From Asterionella formosa (lineage: Eukaryota): DNA of 64,000 nt. Where the stretch lies: NCBI GenBank assembly GCA_002256025.1, contig NKIB01012895.1:1-64000 (forward strand). Direction: 5' to 3'. The position numbers and the translations under genes are program-made. Under the pieces are notes generated by a model, which saw only the letters and a program-made list of their open reading frames with translations, searched no databases and was not told the origin of the DNA. This document shows, piece after piece, positions 47,393 through 60,000 of this stretch (positions are counted from its first letter, which is position 1; each line of letters begins with the position of its first letter).

Positions 47393-48667
47393 TGGCAGCA
47401 ACAAGACGGGTGATACTGCTAGCATCAGGAATCGTCGAATAATTTGACGTATTGGTACAGTAAGAGATCTTTGCTTCAACCAACGTAATCTTGAAGGTAT
47501 ATCCAAATTGGTTTTTCGCCCGTTTCGAATGAAGAGAAAGTTGCGTACTATGCTGGTTTTGAACTTGCTTTGCCACGTTTGGTGGTTGAATGTTTTGATG
47601 GTACAGGTTGGTTTTGTAGAGTATTGATAGTATGAAGTACAATTAGTACGGCCTTCACGTATACATGATAGTCTAGGGATACAATAATAATTAACGTTGC
47701 ACCAGGTAGTCAGTCAACTCTAGTCAAAATCATTGACTTCATATTGATTATCATCCTTGCAATTATGCTGCAGGTTTCGCTCTTCTATCTTATACAGGCA
47801 TTGTCCCTACTTACATGGAGTTTCTTCCCCCTCGTTGTTATCGCGAAACATGACTGCAACTTCACTTTTTAATTCTATGGTTCTATCTCGGTTAGCCTAA
47901 CGTATCATTGGTCTCAAAAACCTTGAGTCATACAAAGCGATTCATACACTCATGTATCGGTTCTCCTTTCTAACCAGGACGAACCCTGGTAACAATACAT
48001 GCACAAACATATAGAGTAGCTGTACATTCATAACAACAATTCAGTACCGGTAGTCGAGATCTTCATGTCGGTGTATATGTGTATACTGCTGCCAGGTACG
48101 ACTGTTCAATTCACGACATACTTACGGGGAAATGAAGTCATGGAATGTTCAAATCACTACATACGTTTGATGTAAGATTACATTCTATATTAGTCCACAT
48201 ACCGATATACAAATGATTTCCTCAGAAAAGTCAGTACCGGTACTTCTTCGATCACAAAATAGCCGATCGTATTGTCCCTTTTAGTCATTCGCCTCCTCTA
48301 AACGTAGCATTTATACGAGTTCAGGTCTTGGATAGGGAATTGTTCGTTGGAAAATCAACATATCATTAGTCCCATATTGGCGTCTACAATCTCGTTTTTA
48401 TCCTATAGTGGTCACCAGCACACACCAACACACACAAACATTTTCGACCGCGAAGCAAGACTTGGAATCATGTACCAGGTTGGTACGAGGTACCTGATGG
48501 TACAAGTTGCGATCGAGTGAATCGTTGGTACTGCGAGGGAACAATAATGTCAATCATTGATGGTGATTCTCATTTGAGTTCTCATAAAAGTTTTTGTCAC
48601 AATATATTCCTTCAATCCCTCATAAAAATCAATCATCAATATTTTATTTCAAACGATACCCTTCACA

Positions 48668-49422
48668 ATGAAGATTTCTCTTGCAATCCTAACGACAGGT
48701 CTATTCCTGTTGCCTCTATCATCCTCTGCTTCGGTACTTCGGGGATCTCGCAGCACATCAGTAGAAAACAACGCCGACGAAGGATTGCTAGCTGCGATCG
48801 AAGGTCCTTCCGTGCGTAAGTCAATAACAAGCGAATCGAATCTTGATGGAACGCAGCTATAGCGAATAATATAAAGGCCCGCACTAACAAAAATGTTTGT
48901 ATAACAGCAGGAAGAGAGATTCTTGAACAAACGCCACATTATTGCCCATCAAGTACCTCCCATCTCTATGAGAATCTTCCCGGATTGACAACATGTTCCT
49001 CAAATGCCGATTGCGCTGGCATCTTACAATTTGGATACCAAACCTGTTGTGTTTATCCACTTTGCATTTGTGGGTTCGCGGACACATCTGGCAATGAACA
49101 CGTATGCGCATCTGACCCAGGTTCTACTACGCCTGCTCCTACTCCTGCCCCAACTTCTCTGCCGCCACCACCTCCTGTTGGCAGAACATGTCCAACGTCG
49201 GTATCTGAGAAGTACCAAGCATTCCCGAATGTCCAACCTTGCTTTACCAACGACGATTGCGTTGGTTTTGTTAGTCAGGATGGTCCTACCTGCTGTGTCT
49301 CTCCACAATGTGTTTGTGGTGTTCAAGAGCTTGGTGCATCGGGCTACGTGGGTTGCGTTGTCACGAGACGAGACAGGGCATTATTCGAGCAAGTGCTGGG
49401 CAAGGACCTTCCTCAAGTATAA
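48668..49422 (+). CDS. Secreted cysteine-rich pre-pro-protein, paralog 1 (two 8-Cys modules); exons 48668-48815 and 48908/48911-49422
   Basis: Signal peptide MKISLAILTTGLFLLPLSSSA-SVLRG; intron GTAAGT...CTAAC...CAG. Modules C-C-C-CC-C-x-C-C separated by a PT linker; C-terminus RRDRALFEQVLGKDLPQV. Confidence 0.85.
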
Positions 49423-51092
49423 ATGATACCTGTGTGTTTATTCGTTTTTTGTAAAAAAGCATGGAAATTGTTGAACAAGAGTCAATTAGCTTGGAATTTC
49501 TAAAAATCTGAAGTGCAAGTCTACAGCTATAAACAACTTTGATGTGCAAAGTGGGTAGAAATTTTGGTTTTGAAGTTTCTTAACACAATGTTTTGGTTTT
49601 ATTCTTTTCGTTCTTGTAAAACTTGTACTGTAGAACAAAATGCACCAGTTCCCATAACATACACAGCCATTATCGATACCAACACAAAATCATATCCGTT
49701 TTCTTTGTTGCCTTACAAACATACACAACAACAAACTTATTGCCTCAAATACTAGCTATTTCCTAGAGTATGTATGATTTGTAGCTTTTTCTAGACTTCC
49801 AATGTCCTGTTTACGTTGGCATATGTCCAACATTTTGGTTCATGGTGCTAGAAATTAACATTAACAAACCATATAACTCATTTATTGCGCCAGCAGTGGC
49901 ATATGATGAACAAGAAGAATGAGCATGAAATTTCTTTGTAACAAGCCTAGTAGCATCAACCACCTGAGCCTGGTTCATCTGGCGCTGTTAAGTATTTCTA
50001 GATGATGTCATATCAGACCAGATGCAGTGGAGAATACTAGCTAGAGGAGCAATCAATCTAAAAATAGAAAGTTATAACAAGTGCTCATCTGGGTTGCCAT
50101 GATAACTGCTGATGAACATGCTTTTTTGAAAAAAATTTACTTTCATGCTCCGTAATGAGCTTAGCTAAACGACTGCTGGAGAATAAGAATGTAGGATACT
50201 AATCTCTAGAATACGATTTGCCAGCCATATGATGCACACCTCCTTATGTGGCCACTAACGCCATGCAGGATGAGCAAGGCCAAGGTTCATTGCAACAAAC
50301 AAATGAGAACACAGGAATTTCTAGTGTCCCACACTATCAACATTAGTGAGATAAATCTCGAATTAAAGGTTTAGTGCATGTGTGTTGCCCTCAAAGGGAT
50401 TTTTCAGTACAAACCACGTTGGCTGAAGTAACTCAAGTCAGCTCCAATGCATATATTTGGGCCTTGTCCTGCCTTCCAAGGGCAAGCTCCACTCATTGCT
50501 CAATAAAATTATTACTATGCAACAAGTGGGCTTGGATGGACAGGAGTATGGTGAAGACAAGGGGAAAGCAAGAACAATTGAGCACGCGTGTGCTTAGTAT
50601 TTCGCAACTCCGGAGTACATGACAAAGTGGAACAAAATAGTGTTCAATAGGGTTACGATTACTTTAAATACCAGGCCTACACAAAGGCTACCTGGCGATA
50701 CCACCGCCGTGCTCTATTGCAACAAACACGACTTACAACTATGTACTATCCAACCTTATCGGTAACTGGTACTGTAAATACCGGAATGTACATCTCACAG
50801 TCTTGGATTGCCTCCTTCCTTGGATCGCATCTTTACGTGTGAAAATATATTGTGCTGATTGCGCTGGCCGGCTCCACCAATCATCAGGAACTGTTTCACT
50901 GGCGCGGAATTTTCGAAGCAAGACTTTTAATTAACTCCAAGTTACCATGCCGATCAAGAAATATTTAGAAGCTCTCATTACACTGATAGTGTTCTCGTTT
51001 TGAGTTCCATTCATGTCGTGTTTTTCTGCAGCAATCACATCAACATCAAGATAGGCTCATAATTCTTGTTTAAACCATTCAATCAAAATACA

Positions 51093-52173
51093 ATGAAAAT
51101 TTCTCTTGCCATCGTTGCTCTATTACCTCTATCCTCTGCTTCAGTACTTCGAGGATATCACACAGCAGTAGATGAAAATGATGATAGAAAATTGCTTACT
51201 GAGGGCGATCTTCCAAGGCGTAAGTCAAAATATTCGAACTATTGACTCCTGATGGAACCCCACAGTCATTCTGTAGAGCCCAAACTAACCAATTGATTTC
51301 CGGTACATAACAGGAAGAAGAACCGACTACACCTGCCCCTCAAGCATCTCTAGTGGCTATTGGAAAAATGAGGGTATCATACCCTGCATAACGAATGCAG
51401 ACTGTGTCGATCCAGGGGATTGCTGCATGTATCCGCAATGCATATGCGAACCCTCGAATCTTGGAACAGGAGTAGTATGTCTCACTGATGACCGTACAGA
51501 TCCCACTACTTCGCCTCCTATCATTACCATACCCCCTGTTCCAACTCCTGTACCAACAACCCCTCCAACTCCTCCTGCAACTCCATCGCCAACTCCTCCT
51601 GCAACTCCATCGCCAACTCCTCCTGCAACCGTTGTCCCAAATCCTCCTACTAGTTACAAGACTCAAAAGCCATGGACTGGAACTCCGCAGTATTGTCCAT
51701 CAAGCACCTCGTATCTCTATAAGGGGATGTTTGGAAAAACCACATGTACCAAAGGCTCCGACTGCGCTGGTATTATCGAATTTGGCTACCAAACGTGTTG
51801 CGTCTATCCATTGTGCCTTTGTGGTCTTGCCGACACCTCTGGAAGTGAACACATATGTGCAGCTGACCCAGACCCTACTACGCCTGCTCCTACTCCTGCC
51901 CCAACTCCTCCTCCTGTCCAAACTCCAGCGCCTACCCCCTGGTCATGTCCGACACCCATGTCTCCTACTTACCAGAACTTCCCTGATGTCGTTCCATGTA
52001 CTACCAATGCCGATTGCGTGGGTGTTAAGTTACCAGATGGTCCTGTTTGTTGTGTCTCTCCATATTGCATTTGTGGCTACCAATCACTCGGTGCCTCTGG
52101 CACGGCTGGTTGTGTGCTTAACCGACGAGACCGGGAATTATTCGAACAAGTCCTTGGAAAGGACCTTCCTTAG
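51093..52173 (+). CDS. Secreted cysteine-rich pre-pro-protein, paralog 2 (three 8-Cys modules); exons 51093-51219 and 51314-52173
   Basis: Spliced 328-aa protein MKISLAIVALLPLSSA-SVLRG...DRKLL...PRRRR-TDYTCPSS... Same intron position and phase as paralog 1; C-terminus RRDRELFEQVLGKDLP. Confidence 0.88.
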
Positions 52174-54049
52174 AAATAGGAACGAGCTGTTTGTGCGTTT
52201 GTGCGAATTCCTATATTGCATGGTTATGTGATTGAGCGATAATGGCAAAAACAAAAAAAAAGGTTTATCTTAATTATTATAGACATTGGTTTATGCATTT
52301 GAATAATGATGACATACCTTCCCAACAAGGATTCGTTGTCCACTAACGAGAATTCCATCAAAAACAAAATTTCCATCTCAAGTTAGGTCACATTGTTCTG
52401 ACCAGAGACATCATCGATGCCAATCATATATGAACGTGTCATGGCGACGAAAAAAAAACAAAAACTGTGTGTGGAAGCAAACAAGATCGTAGGACGAGAA
52501 CATCTCAAGTGTGATTGATGCCTGCGCTATCATGTATGGTAACGAGTTTGCTGGATCTTATTCATTTATACGCACTGGATAATTAATATGGATGGGTGCT
52601 GTACCGTTACCGGTTCGTTCAGGTGGACTTTTTGTCGCGCATGGCTGTTGTTCCGCCAAGGCAGTCGTGTTGTACCAGGAGTCGTACGAAAATAGCTCAT
52701 TCTTATCATACTTACATACATGTACCTCGTATACGGGTACACGAAATTATGAAACAGTGATCATCAGCCAAATTCTTGAATACCGGTACCGGTATATAGC
52801 TCCCTCTAATGTTCGTTAATACTGGTAGTTACAACCAAAATAAAGGTCACTGAGGATGATACTTCTTCTGAAGCACAAGCACTGATAATTCTCTGACTAA
52901 TAGCCTCTCCTATTTTAAAATTACTCTGAATCAAATGGTACATATAATTTATGTTTTAAGTACTTGAGAAATGCATTGTTGGTGAACCATCCTGAATTGT
53001 TGAATAGTGAATGATTATATATTTATACATGGCTCATGTACTAGATTTATTACTATAGTTTGACTTTTACATAATCAACCACTGACAAACACTGACAAAA
53101 TAGATTGAAAATGTTGGATAAATGAAAACAGAAGACTAATTCATTTAGGACATGATACTTTTTCTATAACCTGCTGCTGCTCAAACTTTTGTTTCTTCTT
53201 GCATTTTCTAGTGGATCATGGCTTGGCATTCAACTTTGTCAACATCAATTGAATCAATGGCAAGTTCCTCTGCCTTTTTGATGATAATGTCAAGAAAGGA
53301 AAAACTCACCACTCCAAATCCACATTCACTCCTTCATCAACTGGAGCGACACCTCCAAAGAGTTTCCCGGGAACTCCTGCACCTCAACATATCTCCCAAT
53401 GTATTTGGAGGCAAAGGCAATTCATTGTCGCCCCATAAAAACCACAAGACAAGAATGCATTCCGTCTGCTGCTGCGTTGCGCCCTCCTATTGTCATTTTT
53501 CAGCTTGCTTCCAAAGATTACTAGGAAACAGAATCAAACAAAACGTAGCTAGCTAGTACCAATGCTATATACTAGTGACTGCGATAACAATAAAAATTGA
53601 TGTAGTACCATCATGTATATCTGTAGTGCTTCTATTCCTGAGTGGGCTCCCACCATCCAGGTACCAGTTGCATTATTCTATATTTAAACACATTCTTGAT
53701 AATGAAAAGAGGTACAGCTTCAGCAACTGCTGCAAAACAGAATTGACAAGAAATTGCTGTACTGTTGTTGGCTACTGATGTTGCAAAGCTAGCACTCCTG
53801 GCACCGTAAATAACTGAAGCATGTTTGAGATCAAAAACTGGCCTAGCAGAAATGTCACAAAATTACCTGGAAGGAGTGGAAGTCGATAAAGGTGTGAAGA
53901 AATTGTGGGTTATTGAGTCCGCCCCATTCTGGGACTAAATATAGTACACTAGCATGTTATGTACTGTAAAATGTATCATGTACAATGCAAACTATTGAGG
54001 GTTTGATAGTTATTGCACATCATAGCTAGCTCTCATGAAGGTTGCACTG

Positions 54050-54850
54050 CAATCGTTTTTGTTGGAATTGGCTGAAACTTGATGGCTGATGATGGTCCAT
54101 GGCTCTTTCTTGCATGAACAATTCCTTGAATTTCATTTCTTAAATCATCACCAATTCAGTTTCTGATAAGATCAAATTGGGTTACCAATGACATTATTGA
54201 AAATGTGGGCCTCACCAATGGCCTTGGTGCCAGTCAAATCAATTGGATTATTTTTGAGATTCTCTGCAAGGGCCTTGGCACTATCATCACCAATCAAACT
54301 ATTGCTGAAATAAAGTTAAGTCAAAAAAAGAATTAAGGGAATCTGCAATGGCATTGGTGCCAACATTACCAATTCGATTGTCGTTGAGATCAAGTGAAGT
54401 CGTATTGACCTTGAGGGCCAATGCAATGGCCTTGGCGCCAAAATTATCAAGAGAAGCAATTCATTCCAGTATTTACCTAGAGGGCCTCTGCAATGGCCTT
54501 GGTACCAACATCATCAATTGCATTACCATTTAGATCATCAAGTGTACTAGTCAAGACAGTATTGCTCTTAAGGGCATCTGCAATGGCATTCAACAATTCG
54601 ATTATCGTAGATATGCAGTTTAGTCAAGACAGAACAGTATTAACCTTGATGGCCTACTATGCAATGGCCTTGGCGGCATCGTCGTCACGAATTTGAGCAA
54701 CAATTTCAGGACTGCTGCTGAGATGCAACAACAATGTAGTCGACTTTGAATCATTCATTTTCGACTGATGAACATTACACATTCTTCCAGTTCTAGTGAC
54801 ATTGTCAATGGCAGTTTGAATGGAATCAAATTTGTTTTGTGTCATGTTGA
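54050..54850 (-). pseudogene. Decayed RI-like (NLRC3-type) LRR gene
   Basis: Minus-strand fragments IRDDDAAKAIA, IGNVGTNAIADSL and LYFSNSLIGDDSAKALAENLKNN, with stops and frameshifts; CAATGGCCTTGG recurs. Confidence 0.7.
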
Positions 54851-55262
54851 CAACAGCTTGCTTGCTTCAATTGAAATTTGATGTGAGGGGAGAGACACAA
54901 AGTGACACAGTGTTGAATCCTCATCTTTGCAACAGTACCATCAAAACATGACTAAAACCGAGGGGCGAATAAAAGTATTAGCTGCTTCGAAGATCAGTAA
55001 TAGCCACATTCTGAAATTTTCGTATTCAAATATAGTACATCTATAATATACTTCTATAACAAATTCTTCAATCATGGACACTTTCTTGGAAAGGTCTTGG
55101 GGCATATGTAGTGTTGCTAGGTGCATTTGCGTTTTAATTGCTACACCATCTACCTACAGCCAACTTGCCAACCCCGCCATGAAAGAATTGTACCCGCTGC
55201 TGATCAAATGGTGTCTAAATCTGGAGAAAATACTACATACAACATACATATATATAAATATA

Positions 55263-55611
55263 CCGGCATTATATGGGTGCGGAAAAGTCTTGGCCAAAAT
55301 TAATGGTGCTATTGCCTTTCTAGCCCGCTCCAGTACGTACAGGCCGGTCAGGCCGCCCAAGCAACATATTTTTGGGCCGCTCGTTTGCTTGCATTTAGTA
55401 GAAATTCCACAGGCTTCATATAATACACCTGTCGACATCATCAGCCTAACAGACACATTCTGACAAGTCTAAACAGCACACAGCAACATGATATATCATA
55501 TATAGGTATCATGCCAAGACGAAAGACTATATATTCGTACATGAATACGTATATATGCAAACTCTGTACGAGTTCCAGATATACGGAGCGCAGTTATATA
55601 ATACATGCCGG
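55263..55611. mobile_element. Candidate ~350-bp MITE with CCGG termini and TA target duplication
   Basis: TA|CCGGCATTATAT at 55261 and ATATAATACATGCCGG|TA ending at 55613; non-coding interior. Confidence 0.4.
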
Positions 55612-56361
55612 TATAGCAAAGGATAAACCTGGATCTGAGATCTGTTCCAGATCTTCTTTTATTAGTAGAGCTCTATGTGATCCTCCACATTTTTTTAGCA
55701 CAAATTTCTATGAACAACGGTAAACAGTACTGAATACTGTAGCGACATCAACTTTCAATCACACCATCATGACGCAACTTTTCCGTGACTCTACAGTATC
55801 TGGCAGTACATATGTGGACGTAGTACCTGGTACCAGGTACCAGGGTAATTTAAGGACTGTTGGTCCTGTAAACTAAAAGACTGACCAAGCATGATCCTAG
55901 CTTCTTCTCACAGACGAGTAAAATAAATTCTTACGATATTCTTTGTTATGAATATAGTCAAGAAGGAACGTATCATCCGCTCTGACAAAGCCAAACCCCG
56001 CACAAGAAACGCAAGGGAATAGTGTTGTTCATCATCCATTGTAACAAACAAAAACATAATCGCCAACAAACATAGGATATCCTTAAAGGCGGTAGGTAAC
56101 AAGACTTGGGATTTTTAATTCGTGACATTTTGGACAACGAAAGTTCGCATTTTTGCGGTCTGATATTGCAATCCAAACAATCCCTTGTCTCTATTATCTC
56201 TCTCTTTCTTTATATATTCTCTCTCTCTCTCAATATATATATATCTGTGTGTTTGTAGGCATCCATTTGTTTGGTGGAAAGGAACAACAAACACAAACTC
56301 TTTCGTTTCCTGGCGAAACTACCGTTATTTCCGTAACCATTTTGGACACGTTTGTGCAAAC

Positions 56362-56627
56362 ATGGGAAATGCATGTTTTTGTGCAGCTGTTGTTGATTCA
56401 ACAGTAACATCATCAACAGCAACAAAAACAACATTACCAGAATTCCATCCTCGAAACACAACGTCGTGCAGTCCTGATCATGATCCATTGATTAATGATT
56501 TAGTGCGAAGATTAAATCCATCACCCAAGGGACAATATCATTTATTGTATAAAAAAGGAAAACAAGCAAGTACTACTACTGTCAGTACTGCAAGGACTAC
56601 TTCTACTACTACAACTATTCCTGCAAG

Positions 56628-56664
<37 letters not shown>

Positions 56665-57642
56665 TCTACCAGACTTGTCCAACGACGAGTGAAGCCAGAT
56701 GGTGTTGCATGTATAGGGACAAGTGGGACACACATTTATGCCATTCGATATCCAAAGGATGCCATATCCGAACAGCGTCCAGTATCCGAACAATGTCCAG
56801 TCATGACGGACAATGAACCAACAACTATTGTGGATTTGACCAAGGATCCATATGTTCCTGCCTCCATGATTGTGCCACCCAGAGTACCAGGTACGTGTGT
56901 ATATATATACTATATAGTTTGGTGCAAACTTTGGAGTGAATTTCTAATATTTCTCACGACGTTTACAACAACAAATACTATACTATACATAGTCACTGAC
57001 TGGGTCTGCGTTTCTGAAGAATTGTCCATTTTCGTTTGTGATGTTGGCCTCTCGTCTATGGAATGTGACTTGCTAGTCCAAACCACGGAACAAGTTTGCA
57101 AGGGAAATTATGCTGCCTACACGTACGCCAAACAAACGTTGGGTTGTCGAGAATTCCCCACCTTGGCACATGACTGTTGGGAAGTGGTACATCGTGTCAC
57201 TCATGCCATTTGGATGTATTCTGGATCTACCAAAATTTGTCATTTGGATGATCGAGAACCACACATTGTCAAGTATGATGTAACCAAGAAGGAACGACAA
57301 AAGTTGGATATGCATACAGACAAGTCGGAATGGACGTTTTTAATTGCACTGTCAGATGGATGTGGATTGGATTATGAAGGAGGTGGGACGTTTTTTGAAG
57401 CATTGGACGCCACTGTACATGTTCAGCGTGGACATGCATTGATCTTTCCTGGAAAGTTGAGACATTGTGGTCAACGAATTAATAAAGGATTGAGATTTTT
57501 GTTGGTGGGATTTCTGGTGGACAAAGACCTTGCTGCACAACAACAACAACAACAACAACAAGTATTGTCAGTTTCAAGTGAGCCTGCTGCATTGCAGGTA
57601 TCTCCTGTGCAAGTAATTTCTATTTCGACAGTGGAAAATTGA
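56362..57642 (+). CDS. 2OG-Fe(II) oxygenase (prolyl/lysyl hydroxylase-like); exons 56362-56890 and 56993-57642
   Basis: HIVKY...LDMHTDKSEWTFLIALS...YEGGGTFF...GHALIFPGKLRHCGQRINKGLRFLLVGF (HxD...H...R). Probable start MGNACFC; 102-nt GTACGT...TAG intron. Confidence 0.88.
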
Positions 57643-57887
57643 TGGAATGAGTGGTAGAAATACAAAAGGATGGGTTTGGAGTGTAATAGCAGTATGAATG
57701 CGAGCACACAACGAAATAGTTCCGGAATCTAGAACACGAAAGAGGGACTCAATTTATAAGAACAATGGTAGGTAAATACTATTTGTATGCACATTTCGAA
57801 AGACTATTGTTTGAGTTATTTGCCTACAGCACATTGTGTTGTAAAGATGGCAATGATGAAGAATATACTACGTGTTGCATTAATGTT

Positions 57888-58622
57888 CTAAGGGTTCAAT
57901 ATTGCATCTTCCAACCCCTTCACAACTGGTCGTACTTCTCCACTAGCATATAACCATTTTCCGAAATCATCCTTGATAAATTTACTTTTTTCAATGACTG
58001 ATATGTTTGTTCCCTCGTCAATACTAGCAGTAGTAGTAGTACTTGTTGCTCCTTTCTTCATTCTCATGGTGACTTTGAATTCCACATTTCCATCGTCGTC
58101 ATCCTTGAGTATTTCCAAACCACAAAAATCAAAACTATCAAACATTCCATCTTTGTTCAATTCCTTGGCCCAGGCAATACGATTGTCGGAATACTCTCGA
58201 CATGTGATATGTGTGGTATCCATAATATATGGAATCATGCGCCATGCAAAGGCAGTATATCGAGCTTGTAGTACTTGGCGTGGTGTGTTGATAGTAGTAG
58301 TAGCTGTTGTTGTTGTTGTTGTTGTCTCCAAACTAGGAGAAGAAGACGACGACGAATGATGAGGATAACAACAAGTCGCATAGGTACTACCACTACTACT
58401 ACCACATGGACATGGCAATGCCTTGGCGTTCTTTGGTAGTCGAGTCCTAAATGTTGCCAATGTTTCTTGTAACGTTGGAGGTGCCTTGCCAAATCCTTTG
58501 TTACTTGGACTGTTTTGTTTCGTTGTCTTTTTATTGGCAGCAGCAGCCAATGCTGAAGTAGTAGGTATGACTACAGCAGCAACAAGTAGAATGAAACGGA
58601 AACGAAATAATAATTTGTACAT
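57888..58622 (-). CDS. YchJ/UPF0225 (SEC-C motif) family protein with N-terminal targeting peptide
   Basis: CPCGS...YATCC, RQVLQARYTAF, YIMDTTH, VEFK, EKSKF...KWLY. Hydrophobic signal peptide and KGFG motif. Confidence 0.85.
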   Translation of the reverse strand: MYKLLFRFRFILLVAAVVIPTTSALAAAANKKTTKQNSPSNKGFGKAPPTLQETLATFRTRLPKNAKALPCPCGSSSGSTYATCCYPHHSSSSSSPSLETTTTTTTATTTINTPRQVLQARYTAFAWRMIPYIMDTTHITCREYSDNRIAWAKELNKDGMFDSFDFCGLEILKDDDDGNVEFKVTMRMKKGATSTTTTASIDEGTNISVIEKSKFIKDDFGKWLYASGEVRPVVKGLEDAILNP

Positions 58623-59937
58623 GATGATGGAGTTGTGTGATTATGATAATTACATCGTATACGGTAGGTAGTGTCAGTCATAAGATACACTTTCATAGCC
58701 AATTATAACAAATATGATGAACGTATACCGGTAGTACACAGCAGGCAGGGGGCGCATCTCATACAAGAATATCGTGTGGAGCGAAGGTGTCAACGAGCGA
58801 CAGCGAGCCAGCCATGGAGGACTCCTTTTGACATGTAGAAACTACGTAGAACAAGGCGTTGCTGAGGCAAACCATACTACAACAACAGGCAGGCGTTGTC
58901 CAGCAGACTGAAAAATTGTATGTTAATCCTTTACCGGTATTTTCCACCCAACTCATTCATATTATGAAAGAAATGGAATTCGACTATGGTGGTATTGTAA
59001 GATGCACTCACTGAGGGAATTTTGGAATACTCAGGACATTAAGGAACTAAAGGAAAGAAAAAAGAAAACTTTTGAACAAATGTTGTCAGGTTTCAGTGAA
59101 GGGGTAGATGGGGTGTGACAATGCGAAAATGGCCAAAACACTGGATACTTCGGAGGAGGAAGAACATCAAGTGAGCTTTTATTCCTCTTCTTGAGGTACA
59201 GGTACTATGTAGTAGCGATGATGATAATTGATTTAGAAATACATAACATGCATTACATGAGATCAGGTGTTGACTACATAGCATTCATATTTTCCAATTT
59301 ACAATTATGCTCCCTGTTACTCCTGTACTTTGATGTGAATTTCATTTATTTAATTATCATTGTGGCCCAGCAGGGCTTTAGTCTGAGATAAACTCATTAC
59401 TAAAATACTTTTTCAGAGTACTAAGAAAGCATAATCACTTTGTGCATTCATAGAAGAGTTAATGGGAATATTCCCTTAACATTCTGACCTGATGTTCTAT
59501 TTCCGTGGGAAGGATACTGAGCTCCGCCCAGTAAGCAGGAACAGAGCTAGAGGGGCGGAAATGATCCTGCTGTGATGGCATCAGGAACAATAAATGAGAC
59601 GATGGAGCCCATTGACCAATGATGGTACAATATGTACTAGTACTTTGCTAGAGCTATGTAAATAGGTGTTATGAGTCCTATGAATATATACAATATCATA
59701 GGCCCTTCTACCAAGACTATACTGGTATACTGATTCATACTCTTAATGTAGAGACTTACTCAATAAACACAGGTATTATAGTATGTCACCTGTGAAATGT
59801 GTGCTCCCATTAATGTTCACATGACTAGCACGCAAAGCGTAGTACATAATTATTCACATGAGATTGAACATGCTGACTATGTAACAACTACTCTACATAG
59901 TAGCTAGTACATAAGTACTCTAAATAGATTGGAAATA

Positions 59938-60000
59938 GGGGAATGGCTTAGTTGCTAGCACACCCTTCTGCAGTGGCGGGTTCGATTCCTGCATTCTCCA
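59938..60000 (+). pseudogene. tRNA-derived pseudogene (tRNA-Ala-like)
   Basis: Acceptor GGGGAAT/ATTCTCC-A and T-arm GCGGG-TTCGATT-CCTGC are retained. The D and anticodon arms are degenerate and shortened (63 nt). Confidence 0.65.

Noticed and set aside
56185..56361. Hydrophobic N-terminal extension of the oxygenase ORF
   Set aside because: Non-ATG start within CT/AT microsatellite-like 5' UTR sequence.
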